Positions 13,601 through 26,744 of a stretch of DNA of 64,000 bases are shown here, in pieces. Below the pieces are notes generated by a model. That model was given only the letters and a program-made list of their open reading frames with translations. It was not told the origin of the DNA and did not search any database. Position 1 is the first letter of the stretch; the number at the start of each line of letters is the position of its first letter. This stretch comes from Vicugna vicugna (Eukaryota), in contig MU058815.1 of the NCBI GenBank assembly GCA_013265495.1, positions 1 through 64,000 on the forward strand, in the 5' to 3' direction. The position numbers and the translations under genes were made by a program.

Positions 13601-14565
13601 AAAACTAAAAAGAGAGTTATCACATGATCCAGTAATCCCACTCCTGGGCATATGCATGGAGAAAACTCCAATTCAAAAAGACACATGCTCCCCAAGGTTC
13701 ACAGCAGCACTGTTTATACTTACAGCGGCCAAGACATGGAAGCAGCCGAACTGTCCACTGACACGCCGTCAACGGATAAAGACGACGTGGTACGTGTGTA
13801 CACTGGAAAAGTGCTCAGCCATAAAACCAATGGAATAACGCCATTTGCAGCAACATGCGTGAACCTAGAGATCATCACACTGAGTGAGGTCAGACAGAGA
13901 AAGATAAATAAATACCACTTATTGTGGAATCTAAAATACGATACAAAAGGACTTACCTACAGAACAGAAACCAAATCACAGACATAAAAAACAAGGGGAA
14001 AGGGAGGGGAAGGGATAAATTAGGAGTTTGGGATTAGCAGTTACAACCTACTACACACAAAATAAACAATAAGGTCCTACTATATAACACAGGGAGCTAT
14101 ATGTACTATCTTGTAATAACATATAATGGAAAAGAATCTGAAAAAGAATATATATGTATAAATGAATCACTTTGCTGTGCACCAGAAACACACTGTAAAT
14201 CAATTACATCTTAATTTTTTTTAAAGTAGAGATTTAGAATGCATTCAAACTTAAGTTGTTACCAACTTAAAATAGACTGTTATAAATGTAAGTTGTTTCA
14301 TGTTGTTTTATGTAAGCCTCATGGCAACCACAAAACAAAAATTCTATCGTAGATACATAAAAGGTAAGGAGAAAGGAATCTGAGCATACCATTACAAAAA
14401 AAAAAAAAAATCATGAAACCACAAAGCGAGCAAGAGAAGAAAAGAACAAAGGAATTACGAAACATTAACCAGGCTTGTGGTGATTATTTCGCGACATGTA
14501 CATCTACAGTATCATCATGTTGTGTACGTGAAATTAATATGTTATATATGTCAGTTGCATCTAAA
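10690..14565 (+). mobile_element. Old L1 (L1M/L1MA9-like): 5'UTR + decayed ORF1 + inter-ORF spacer + 3' tip
   Basis: GC-rich 5'UTR to ~12000, ORF1-like text at 12000-12850 ('aaaagcagcaaaagggaaacgacctgttacatccaaggaaccccc'), spacer resuming at 14223, and an L1 3'-tip-like segment at 14470-14565. Confidence 0.65.
13112..14215 (+). mobile_element. Younger 5'-truncated cetartiodactyl-type L1 (ORF2 C-terminus + 3'UTR) nested in the older L1
   Basis: ORF2 C-terminal remnants (ORF 13521: ...LKKLKRELSHDPVIPLLGI...TCSPRFTAALF...AKTWKQPNCP) and 3'UTR 'ttaggagtttgggattagcag...tgctgtgcaccagaaac'. Candidate TSD aaatgtaaagatt (13099-13111) / aaagtagagatt (14223-14234). Confidence 0.85.
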
Positions 14566-14989
14566 TACATGCATAAAGCAAGCAACTGACAGGTGGGTGC
14601 AAAGGCATGTGTTTAAGAAATCATAGCACCTCCTTTCCAATCAAGATAAGGCAGCAAAGACTGGATTTACCTTGTGCCTAAAACATCCAAAAAACGTTTC
14701 ATGACACTGGACATGAGACAATAAAGGGCTGGGAAGGAGGAAAGATGGGAAACAAGCAAGGGGAGCCCTGCATCTGCCCAACCGTATCATCCAAAAAGAG
14801 TCTCCAGGACTCCGCGCAGAGAGGCGCTCAAGCCCAGTGCACACTCTCCGCTGAGGCAGGCTGTGACCCCAGGCCGACCCAGACAGCTCGAGTGGGCAGC
14901 ACACACACAAGGCTCCAGAAAGCTAAAGAGGGTAACTCTTTACTTAGCAAAGTGCTGACCATTAAGTGTGGGAGAAAACTCTCTGAGTC

Positions 14990-15870
14990 CAGGGAAAGAG
15001 CTGAAAGGATGAGAGATTGAAGTTCAATAAATGCCAAGCAGAAGGACCATGATGAAAACTACACCAAAGCACATCACAATTCAAAGTGCTTAAAACCCGT
15101 GACAAAGTGATAAAGGAAATCACAAAGTAGCTCTAGGGGGGAAAAAATTACATACACAAAGATAAGAATGACAGCAGAGTCCTTGCCAGGAAAGAAATGC
15201 AGCTATGAAAACAGTGAAGCAACAGCTTGGCTAAACTGAAAGGTAAGTAAATGCCAGCCTAGAATTCTATACCCAGAAAAAGTGTTTTCAAATAGAGTCA
15301 AAATAAAGACTTTTCCAAACATTCAAAAGCTGACGGAGCTCAGCAGCAGCCAATGAGCACCGCAGAAATGTTAACGGAAGTCCTCCTGGAGGAGGGAAGG
15401 GTAAGAGATGAAATCTGGGTCTAACTGGAAGTAACTACGGGCACAAATACCTAAGGCATTTTCCTAGTAAATTAAATCTCTTTAAAGAATAATCAATTAT
15501 TTAACAGAAGTAGTTAACCACACAACGTGGGCTCACAGCCTCTTTAAAAGTGCACAGCCACAGGACAAAGGTCAGAGAAAAACAATGAATGCGTTATAAC
15601 AGTGACTAAGGCAATAAAGGTGATAAAACAGGATCATTAAAAAATTCAATTAATCCACACAATGGTGAAAAGGAAAGGGGGGAACAAAAACAGAGCACAG
15701 CGAAAACACACGAAAACGAGAGCTTTGTACGTAACAACAGCAAGCACATTCAAAGGCTCATTAAGACTCAACCGTAAGACGGGATGAAAAAGCAAGACCC
15801 GACAACATGCTGCCACCAGAAACGTACTGTAAACATAAAGACACAAACAGGTTCGGAATACGAGAATTCT
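14990..15870 (+). mobile_element. Old L1 ORF1 3' part / ORF2 start remnant
   Basis: 'gccagcctagaattctatacccag...aaaataaagacttttccaaacattcaaaagctga' is a typical L1M ORF1 C-terminal segment. Confidence 0.6.
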
Positions 15871-15874
15871 AGGC

Positions 15875-16390
15875 TGACGGCCCTTTGCTTCCGCACTTCG
15901 GAAATGCCATTCCACTGATCTCTGGACTCCACACTTTCTGATGGGGAATCCACTCATTCAAACCATTGCTTCCTATTAATGTGCTATTTCTCTTCGACTT
16001 TCAAGATGATGATGATGATGATGATTTTGGTCCTTAGTCCTAAGCATTTTGGTTATGAAGCGTCTGCTCATGGGTTCCTTTGGGCTCATCTTGACTGGTT
16101 TCACTGGAATCCTTCATTTATGTCTTTCACCAAATCTGTAAAATCCTCAGCCATTTTTTCGAACAATACTTTTCGAACCACCCTCTTTCTCCTTTCCTTC
16201 TGAGATTTTTGCAACACAAACGTCAAGCATTTGAGCATTGCTCCGTAGGCCCCTGGTGTCCAGTTCATTTCTTCAGCTTTTTGTTTGCTTCTCTGTTACT
16301 TGGACCGAGGAACTCCTAGCTCCTGTTGCTCAATCGTGAGGTTCACCCCCTCTTCCGTCATTTCTACTCTGAAATGCTGTGCATTTCCAT
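15875..16390 (-). mobile_element. Old L1 ORF1 remnant, opposite orientation; contains (GAT)7 at 16005-16025
   Basis: Minus strand translates to ORF1-like 'SESVESRDQWNGISEVRKQRAVSLEF' (ORF 15768..15953). Confidence 0.6.
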
Positions 16391-16459
16391 TTTTCACGTG
16401 GGTAAGCGGTTACTACGTCAAGAAGTTAAGGGCGAACTGTTTCAGTTGCCTCCTCTTCT

Positions 16460-16830
16460 CCTTACTGGTGAGGGAGGGATTCCTTTCCTAGGTTTCTGGG
16501 GACGGCCAAACACATGACACTGGACATTGGACACGTATGTGACTGCTAACAGTTTCTCAGTCACATACGCTCACAGCCCAGGGAAGGGTACCACATGGCA
16601 CGCAGGACCACATGGATACTGTGCTTGGTAACAGGGTGACAAACAGGGTACGAGAGGCAGGCGTTGCAGTGCGAGAGCGTGATGTGCCCCTGGTTCCTCA
16701 GGGAGGATGCGATTGGTTTATCTGAATAATTTCATAGTCTGGCAGGCACCTGGAACCCCGTCTCCAGGGATAAGCAGGAATGAGGCCTGGTCTGGATGAG
16801 GGGCGTGGTTTGCTGCACTTTGGCCACAAT
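16460..16830. mobile_element. ERVL-class LTR fragment, MER76-like
   Basis: 'agtcacatacgctcacagcccaggg...ccctggttcctcagggaggatgcgattggtttatctgaataat...cagggataagcaggaa' resembles MER76-type LTRs (recalled). Confidence 0.5.
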
Positions 16831-19056
16831 CCACAGCTCGCTGTTTGCCATGTCTCCCGCCCCTGTGCTGGAACGTCAGCTGCAGGGCACCATGCCCTTC
16901 CCTTGTTTGCTCATGACTGTACACCCAGTGTCTACGCCAGTGCACGGCGCAACAAACATGTGCTAAGTTAAGTGAGTAAATGTGCCTGAAACACAGCGTG
17001 TGAGCAGAGGCGAGAGAGCTGCTGGGACCCGCGTGCAGGTCTTGTCCTCTGACGCGTACCGCTGACTCAGTCCACCACTGTTTCCTCACACTCACAGCTC
17101 CCCAGCTTAAACTGCCTTGCTCCTGTTTGATGCCAACAGCTTTGTAATTACAGGGCAGCTGTGGTACTGCACACGTTTACTCTCTCCTACCAGATTTCAG
17201 ATGCGTCATCTCCATCTGTATCTGTGTGTTTCCACCACAGCAACTAACAATGTTAAGTTTCTTGCAAGTAACTCCCAAAACACCCTAACTGGACATAAAG
17301 CAAGTGGTCACCGAGCACACTTACCAGTACAAAGAAACGACACTGCAGTGCATGAGGGGCGTTCGTAAGTGGACTAGACTTCAGAGGGGTCACTGGGGCA
17401 TCAGCCCACTCACCCAGCAGTGCTGTCCCCTGCTCACAACACTGGTAAAGGTCTGACGTTACGTAAGTCTCTTAAGAAAAGCAGTCTTATTTTTGTTACA
17501 CTTTTCTTCTTCCTGAAAACAGTTACGACCTTATTAATCAGATTTGGCACAGAAAGGTCTTTTGCTATTTATGAAAAGCAAATTCACCCTCAGAGGAAAA
17601 AGATGAGTCACTGGCAGAAGATATTCCAAAGAATCAGCTCAAATTCTGATGTAAATTCTAAGAAGATTTCGACAAAGGTTATAAACAAAACTTTCCAAAA
17701 TGACTACTGTGTTCAGGACAACACACACACTCAGGATTTAAAAATCTAACATTACTTCATAGACACACCTTAAAATAGAGTTCCTGGACTCCATGCCAAG
17801 GGGCTGCGTTACTGCTAAACACAGCTTACGGTGAGCAGGGCAGGGATGTCCTGAATCGCTCACCCTGGGGACGAGACACAGACAGATCTCGGGACCCCAG
17901 TTCTGGTCCTCTGAAACCTGAGCGCTCCAATTCCCCTCCTTCTTTCCTTCTTTCTTTTTAGAACAGAAAATAAATTAAAAATTCATCTTTCTTTCTTCCT
18001 TTTTCAATTTGGGGAACAGCTGTTTTATCTCACATGTTAGTTATCTGATAATTCTTTTCATCGGATCCATTTTCTTATCATCCTTTCAGTGTTTCCATGA
18101 GTCACTGTGAAAAAGGTTGGCAGGGCCGGACAGGTAGATATTAAATGCTTTTACCTACAGGAATAGCATTTTCAGCAATTCCAAAGTAGAAAACTTAAGT
18201 CTTAAAACTGATCTGGGCAGTCTTCAGTTTCACAAAATTAAGGTGTAATTCCTACCTGTACACCCTAATCACCATACATATTGTTTTAAAGATACGGTTA
18301 AACACATAACTTTAACCCATTCAGGTACAACATGCCTGAAGTGTTCAAACACCACCTTTGATTTTTACATTATTACTATCACTTCACTCATACAGTAATA
18401 ACTTACTAACACACACATCCTCAAATGAAGTCCATTTTTTGAAAGAACAACTCCACCGAATGGGAATGTCTCTAAATTCTCTGCATCAGACAAGGAACAA
18501 AATTTCAGATTTACTGGGTGATGCAAGACTTCGTTACCAATGTTGGGAAAGTGCTTTCTTAAATGAGCCTTCCAAAAAGCAGCAGCTCACCTATCTTTTT
18601 TGTAGTAACAGAATAAATACCAGCTCCTCAGCTCCAAATCCAGGCTGCCCACTAACCCCAACCTTTGTCCAGCTGCAGAGAAACCCAAGGAAGCTGGCAT
18701 GCAGCCTGGGAAGCCCTGTTCCTTCCTCCACTGGGGTCTGACGGTGTGAAAAGGCTCTCTGAGGGCAAATACATTTATATACCCATATAAAAGTTTCCAA
18801 ATATCGTTGTACTCTTTCAAGAATGATGTGGCCGCTACAATAATTTAAAAGCTAAGAAATCATATAGAAAAAGCACAGGACACAGCACAAGAAGAGAACA
18901 CCAGGCAAGGCGCCCTCCATCTTCACACCCACAGAGGCTAAAAGGATGCACTTTGAATAATAATAAGCAAACAACACAGCACGAGTCTCTTTACCCAAAA
19001 TGTTGCCTTTTCACTGTTTTGAGGAGCAAATCAAGACAGGCGTGAACAATTCATAC

Positions 19057-19113
19057 CTCCACCAGGAATAATTGCCAACTTTGTTTCAACCAGGCCCATT
19101 TTTGCAGAGGAAG
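19057..19113 (-). CDS. AUH: AUH internal coding exon (human exon 6 equivalent), 57 nt, phase 1-1
   Basis: tctttcctttttag|CT TCC TCT GCA AAA ATG GGC CTG GTT GAA ACA AAG TTG GCA ATT ATT CCT GGT GGA G|gtatga = (A)SSAKMGLVETKLAIIPGG(G), carrying the second catalytic Glu (MGLVE). Also visible inside ORF-track entry 19031..19252. Confidence 0.98.
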
Positions 19114-20064
19114 CTAAAAAGGAAAGAAGAAAATTAAGTAACACCCACATCGTCAAATTCAAATATGATGACTTAAAAAAAGTTAGTAGGCTATTCTGTT
19201 TACTAATTAAATTTTTGTCACGAATCTTTTTAAAAATCCCTTTGGAAGACATTTAGTTATGGAAATACATGAACACTCTAAATGATATCTATTAAGAGAT
19301 TCACATAACATTTTCTGTTAAAAATTGCTTGGCAGCGAATTAATTTTTTGATGCAGAAAGACCAGGTTGTAACTACATAATTTGACCTGATACTGCCAAG
19401 TCATGTCTGAAGGCTCGGAGTTCATTAATTATTCAGGATGAGGAGAGAGGCTGTGTCTGACAAGTAAGAATTCCCTGGCTGCCCGACCAGTCCTCCAGAT
19501 CAAACAGCTTAATATGTCGTATCAGATATGGCAACTTTTCAAGACCCAGTCTCTAGTTACTCCTGACAAATGGTTTTACTGTTCTGACAGCTGGACAGGG
19601 CTCCTCTTTCCATGTTTGTTTTCACGGCTACTTTAAAACATCTTAATTACTTCTTTATTTGCATATCCAAATGTCCTTGGACGACTTCCCATACCCTAAT
19701 TCCCAGAACTTGCATTCTTTCAGAAATGGATCGCATGTAACTTGACTTTTCAATTTAACACCCAAGGATCTCAGTCAAGAAGACAGAGATATAAAATAGA
19801 GTGAAAAGGGGGAACGAACATATGGACTAGCAATGACAAATCCCCAGAAACAACACCATAACATTATTAAAAACATAATTATCCTGACTCTACATTTAAC
19901 AGGCAGCTCCATCAGAAGGGACGGTGGGAACCAGGGCAAGAGCAGTGACAAACACTGGCTGCCTGCTTCGCCCAGTCCTTGGTCCCGTGCTCTCTGTCAC
20001 CTCGACGAGGGACAAGGATGCAGACAGCACTGTGACCACACAGGAGGCAGCATCAAGGACAACA

Positions 20065-20285
20065 GTGGCAGCACGCAGTACTCCGGCTATGACGCCAGGC
20101 CGCCTGGGTTCAAATCCCAGCGCCGTCGCTGATGTTAGACTTGCCTCTTCGCCTGTCTGGGCCCGAGCTTCTTCAGGCTCCACAGCGTGTACCCGCTTCA
20201 CAGGGCCGGGAGGCAGACTGGGTGAGTTAACACACGTCAAGAGCTGAGAAGAGCGACGAGCACCAGGAAATAGCGCGTGGTTAGC
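20065..20285 (+). mobile_element. MIR SINE
   Basis: B-box region 'gcctgggttcaaatcccagc', followed by core and tail 'tgagttaacacacgtcaagagctgagaagagc'. Confidence 0.65.
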
Positions 20286-20737
20286 ACCTGTTGTTTTCCT
20301 TCATTATTTTCACAGTCACCTCATCCCATCCTCAGAAAACCACGCGGGAAGAAAGTGAACCCCAAACAGGTTAAGTTATTATTACCGTAACTAACAACGA
20401 TTACGGCTTGGGCTACACGTTCATCATAAATGGAGTCATTTCATCTTCACAACATTTCAGAGGGGAAACTGATCTAAAAAGGGCAGGACCCAAGATCCAA
20501 AGTCGGGTCTGTCTGACCCAATTCCTGTTTTCCTCTCCTACTGCTAAGACTGAACAAGAGGCTGAGTATAAAAGACTGTTCTCTTACCTGGGAGTTTTAA
20601 AACCTCATTAAGCCCCACAAGGTGACTTTTTCTACATGTTTATTCCACAACAGGAAAAAAAATGAGTAAAATATTGGAATTATCGGAAGGGTCAACACAA
20701 ACCTCATTTTTAAAAAGTTACGTTTTTAATAAAATTA

Positions 20738-20902
<165 letters not shown>

Positions 20903-21619
20903 TTAAATATTTTTCTGTGACCGTATTTTTAAGTGGAATATTGTCTACAGGATTTTGTACCCCTTTTACTTTTAACAAAATAAGCATTTTGTTCTTATTC
21001 TACGAAAACATGCAATAAATGTGTGGTTTTCCTTCACACATTTGTGCAGTGTCTTTCAATCTTACCACGTTGCTGAAACACATTCGTAAATATTTTCTGT
21101 TGAGCTAACAGAATCACAGTTCTGACTTCATAGTCTGAAAGTCTTTCATGAGATGTTCTGATTCATACAAATTTCGAGTTGAAATGACTTAGGTATAATG
21201 CAAAGTTCACGATACTTTGCTGGGCTACCTGGTGCTCAGGATGATGGAGCCTCATTCAAAGAAGTGACACATCTACTCAAACAAGACAGAAGCAGTTCGA
21301 GCGGCTGCTGGGGGATCGACCCACTAGATCGATCACCTGGTAACGAGCACGATGCACAGTAGCCAGAAGACAACCAGGCTCTATCAGATCCCGCACACCT
21401 CAGGTGGGACGGGCACTGACACGGCTCTGAGAACCTGCCCAAAGGAGGACTGGGAAGGGGTCAGCCAGTCACGAAACTCAAAACCAGACGTTCCTTAGTC
21501 ATCTGCCTGCCTGATCCCTCCCCCTCATTTTTTCCGGCCTTTCTTTCTACCTGTGGTTATTTCCCAGCCTCCTTCCCCTCTCAGCAGAAGCTCTGCCTAG
21601 AAGGTGTCCTCCCCGTCCT

Positions 21620-22380
21620 TAACTTTTACCGTCCATAACACCAATGATACCCGAACGGCCACCTCAAACCCAAACCTCTCTCTAAACTGTATCTCTATGT
21701 CCTGCCTGTTGGACATCTCTGCTTAAATACTTCAGCACGTTCCCATCAACTCCTTGTCAGTCCTTTTTCTAGACTCCATTTCACATTTGGTAGAATCTCC
21801 ACCACCAGGTTACTTGAGACAGACACCGAGAAGCCATCCCAGATGTCCCCCTTCCTAATGACCTTATGCCCAACTGTTTTCAAAGTCCTGCCTAACAACA
21901 GCTCACAAATGGGAACTTCTGTCCCTCTGCTACAGCCAGCCGTCCGGGTCCCCTCATTCTCACCAGCAGGAGGACCTCCTTCACCTCAGTCTGCCCCTTC
22001 CAATGCATGGTCCATGTTTCCTGCAGGAAAATCTATCTACAATGCAAACAGAGTCATGCTAGCCCCCTATTTAAAACAGTACAATGATTTATTCCACATT
22101 CAGGATGAAAATAGAGCAAACTTACAGCATGGCACAGGAGGCAGCGGAGGAACCAAGTCTGCCCACCTGCCCAACCTCTTCTCCAACCTCTCACACCTAC
22201 CCTGTGTTCTAGCCCCAAACTACTTAAAGCACCTCCAGAAGCCATTCCCGTCCACACCTGTGTACAAGCTGCCCTCTGCCTGGAATGCCCAGCAAGCCGA
22301 AAGTCCCTTCCTTTACGTTTCCACGGCACTCTGCACATACTGCTCCAGCAGAGCATTCACATCACCTTACTGCCCATCCT
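21620..22380 (+). mobile_element. L2 LINE fragment
   Basis: 'ctgcctgttggacatctctgctt', 'gtcatgctagccccctatttaaaac' and 'ccctctgcctggaatgccc' are L2 hallmarks. Confidence 0.6.
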
Positions 22381-23339
22381 GAAGCAAGATTAGCATCACA
22401 TCAACGCTGATCAGTAACATCCTTCCTACCGCTCTGCGACAGACGTCAAGGCTACCCCCCGTCTCTTCTGTCTCCACTACATTAATCCTGGTATTCTCTC
22501 TACTTTTCGTTCTACTATCAACTTCTTTAACTTCATACTTTAAAGAAACCCCATGAGCATATGCAGCCCCCTAGAGCTGCAGAAAAGAACAACTGCAGAG
22601 GTCCTAAGTCGGAGGGAGCAACGGGAAGGAGGGGGCTGTTCCCTCCTGGCGGTGTGAACGCGCTGCTCACCCCGGAGCGCCTTCAGCACTCGCTAAGTAT
22701 CTTCTGGCACCCGACTCTTCAGAAAGAGAAAACACAGAAGTGAGTTTAAAGGGCCTCCAGAATCAAACCCAGGCCTGAAATATGTGTACTCCTGACTTCC
22801 AGTTTCTGAAAATTCCATCCCAGGGTAAATAAACAGGGGTTATCGCTTATTCCTTAGATTTCTTTTTCCCTAAAAATGGAGATAAATTGATTTGATATAT
22901 ATGGAAAGAGGAATTTTTCTTCACATCAAATTGTGCACTGAAAACGTGGGCTGAATAGAAGGGGAAGAGGAATAAGCCCACTGCAAATTACAAAAGCAAC
23001 ATATGTAACTTCATAAGCCTGAAGCCAAACAGAAAGAACCCAGGAAGGTGACAATCCTGGTCGTCGGTGATGTTCTTAGTGCTGCCACACAAAGGCAGTG
23101 GCTGCTCAAAGGGCTGACAAGGCTTCGCTCTACATTTTTATTAGTTGATATCCTCAAAATAAACATTATACTTAAAAATCACAGTTAGCCAACAGCAAGT
23201 TAAAAAGCATCATTTTTCCAGTGGTATAAAATGTCAGTAAAAAAGAGAAATAAAAACACAAATGAAATTGATTAATGAATAAACCTTTTCCCTTCACGTG
23301 AGAGGTCTATAAACAAACATTACTTTGATGACGTAAAAT

Positions 23340-23883
23340 TGTAACAGAGGAGAACAGATCTGACTGCATACTGGATCTGTTCCTTTAGTTTTGACCACTG
23401 TGCCCTGTTTTCTAGGCTCAGTCCTGCTCGCTCTGCACGTTTTGTAAAACAATGTTGCCTTTAGCCTGAAATACCCAGGAGAGCCTATTCTCGGGGCTCT
23501 GACCTTTAAGGATGTCAGCATTTCTGCACTTATGTGGAGATGGCAAGTTGCAAAATAGAGAACCACCTTTGTTTTTTTTTTGGAGGTTTACAGGGACACC
23601 ATGGCCTGACCTACACAGATAGCTGCAAGAACAAAGAATGCCTGCAGCAAGAAGTTTGCAACAACCAACCACACCCCCCTCCCCAGTTTGTTTGGTTGGG
23701 TTTTTTTTGTATAAAAGGAGCCTGTATTCTGATTGGAGCAGGATGGTTCTCCAAGACGTTAGTCTGCCATCCTCTGGGTCTGCTGGCTTTCCAAATAAAG
23801 TCGCTATTCCTTGCCCCAACACCTTGTCTCCTGATTTACCGGCCTGTCGTGCGGCGAGCAGAACAAGTTTGGACTCGGTAACA
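23340..23883 (+). mobile_element. Intact ERV1 solo LTR (MER41-like, cetartiodactyl type), 544 bp
   Basis: TGTAAC...GTAACA termini, perfect 4-bp TSD AAAT (23336-23339 / 23884-23887), TATAAAA at 23710-23716 and AATAAA at 23794-23799. The solo-LTR call is firm; the family name is recalled. Confidence 0.88.
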
Positions 23884-26480
23884 AAATGAAGGGGAAAGGG
23901 GTATGTCCAACAGCCAGATTTTAGGTTCCACATCACTTAAAGTATGAGGATGGGGTTTATGTAACGCAGTGGTAGGAGAAAATAAACAAACGTACTGACC
24001 CGGGAGACGAGGGGGCTGGGGGCACGGGGAGCTGCAATGGCGCATTTCGTTCTGCGGGTTTTCCTAATTCTGAAGTTAGAGAATATAACACTTCCCCCCC
24101 ATATGCTTATGCTTTTTGAAATAATGAAAATCACTTTTAAATGTGACAATTAAAGACTTAAAAGACATTTCTCTCAAACAGATAAAAGCTTTTAACATTA
24201 CAACCTAAAGATAACACAAATGACAAGAAACGTGGGGCTCCTTATATACAAAAAAACAAGGAAAACAGGGTATTAACACTCTCAACTCATTAAACAGGGA
24301 CAGTGCTTAGTACTTTCAAATATCAGCACAAACCAGCATGATGTAAGGCAGTCTATAAAATCTTTCCTACTGAAGGATCAAGTAGAACAGCTTAATTAGT
24401 AGTCAGTGAGTAATTAAATTTTAGCCTTTTACTGTAGTATAAATCCTGAAGTTCTGCAGAAGCCTAATTTTTCCCTGAAATATGTTTCTCGTATTAATTT
24501 TTCTCAGGAGAACATGAGTCATCTCAAAGTCCATGCCAGTCCCGCAATTGCCCAATGTGCTTGTCTTACGTGCACTGTTTCCTCTACTTGGGAGCACTTC
24601 ACAATCTCAGAGGAGACGCAGTAAGACACACCATCAGAAAGGCAGATTATCAGTTTCAAAGACCCAGGAAATATCAAAAGGGCAGTTGTATAAAACAGTG
24701 CAACTGAAACAGTTGTCAGGAGCAATGGCTGTTCCCAACAGCGACAGGAAGAAATCATGACTCAGGACGTTACGCAACCAACAGGACCGCATACTATTTT
24801 GAGGTTAGTACCAGGAAATGAGCCAGGTATGACAAAGAAGATAATAATCCTTTGAATGATCCTAAAAATAAAAGTAAAGCCAAAAAGCAAAGGTTTGCTA
24901 TTTTAAGAGAAAAATAAATGAGTGGCAGGGGAAGGCTCTTGTCTACCCCGGAGTCTGCAGGACACCCCCGAGAGCACAACCGGGGCCAGACGGCCAGGAA
25001 TGTGGGGAAAAGGCAACTGAGGGTCTCCTGTCAGTTCAGAGGTAAATTCAACACATAATGTAGGTTTTCAGATGTTTCCGGAAAAATACAAACAGTGCAA
25101 TTATTAAGGAAAAACACTAGCTGTAAATTTGGTTTTGCTTCAAGAATAGTGTTCTTGTAGAAAACAGAGAAATCGAATATTTCAGAAGAAATGTCCATCG
25201 AGTAATACCAGAAGTCTGCCTTTATTGAAATCATTCAAGGAGAACAGAAATAAAATCAAGGCTAACTGAAAATTATAATAAATTGCTAATGACCCCTAAG
25301 TTCAGCTAAAACTTTACCGCCAGGTTAATGTATTCTCTCCCACTGCCATCATCAACTTTCAAAGGAACCACAAAAAACAAAACAGGCTGGCTGCGCCCTT
25401 GGCCCTCCTGGAGCCCAGCCAAGGCCGCTGAGAAAGGAGCAGGCCTGGACGCCAACACGCACACTCACCCCATCGCACAGGGGCTGCAGGGCTGCAAATG
25501 GGAGCCATCGCTTCAGGAGTCACAACAGTGACCACTGTGCGAAGCGAGAAAAGCTGCTTGATTTTTCCAAGCCTACCACTTACCCACCTGCCTTCTTTCT
25601 TTTTTGCTGCTACCTGTGGATTTAGCAAAATACTTGGAACTGCTTACTATGTGTGGTCACAGGACTAAGCATGTCACAAATACTATTTGAACCTCCTAGC
25701 AGTCTTAGGACATCGAAACTATCGCCACTTCCACTTTCTAGACAGGGACACCGGGCAGAGGAGCTGCTGTTCCTTGCCTGGTACAGGCACAATTCGAACT
25801 CAGGTGGTGTGGCCCCAGGGTCTCCACTGTCCCCATTACTGCTGATCACCAGCCCTCACAGCCCAGACCCAGGGCCCCTGAGGAGGACATCCCTCCCTGA
25901 GGACCTGCGACCGTGCGTCTGAGGAAAGGGAAATGCTGACGAGCTCGATGGCTCTGTGCTCTGCTAATTCTTGGAAACCTGGAGCAACACCACAGCTCAC
26001 TGGGTCCAGCTGGGGACCCTAGGAACCAGAGGCAAGGTACTGGTCAGCTGACTACACTAGAGTTCCGACTCGAGTTTCCCCGGAAACCCCCAACCCAGAC
26101 CATCTCTGGTCCGTGACTGTGCGGGTCATTAAAGCAGGAAGAGCCAACACCAGAGCCGTCCCTTCGCACCAAAACTCCAAATCAAGTAACGCCTCCCTGC
26201 GGAACCGCGAAGAGGGGATGCCGGCGAGGCAAGTCCCCACGCTCCCACGCAGCAGGCTGGTCTGGGACATTGTAACAACCGCACCTGAGTCACGACCTCC
26301 ACTATCGACTGCTGCTTCACACATAACGAAGCTCTTGGCACTTCAAATGCTGCCTGACCGGGCAAATGACGTTATTTCCATTTCTGATAAAAAATGTAAC
26401 ACTAGAGTAGTTTACTTTCACCTGTAGGAAGAAACTACACTACTACTGCCTTGCTCGCATCAACTCTCAGGCTCTACAGC

Positions 26481-26610
26481 CTTGCTCTTCCAAGTGCGAC
26501 TGTGGTCCAGCAGCACTAGCATCCCCCGGAAGCCGGTTTAAAATGTAGAACTCTGGGCCCCACCCAGACCTGCTGGGTCAGGATGTGCATTTTCACAAGA
26601 CCCTCAGGCA
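26481..26610. mobile_element. MER5A-like hAT MITE
   Basis: 'ccagcagcactagcatccccc...aaatgtagaactctgggccccacccagacctgctgggtcag...tgcattttcacaagaccctcagg'. Confidence 0.75.
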
Positions 26611-26744
26611 AGGCTCTGGATACCCTGACTAACCCACAGAGAGCCTGACCACCTCACTGATCCACGGGATGCTGATAAAAAGCAGCAATGAGAGCCTTAA
26701 TTCCTTGGGGAAGACTAGTGAAGGTAAAGACAGTTGAAGATTTA

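Noticed and set aside
21843..22382. 179-aa + strand ORF
   Set aside because: It lies in a decayed L2 fragment with no recognisable domain, so it is a chance ORF.
23418..23936. 172-aa minus-strand ORF
   Set aside because: It is an antisense reading of the solo LTR with no protein-family resemblance.
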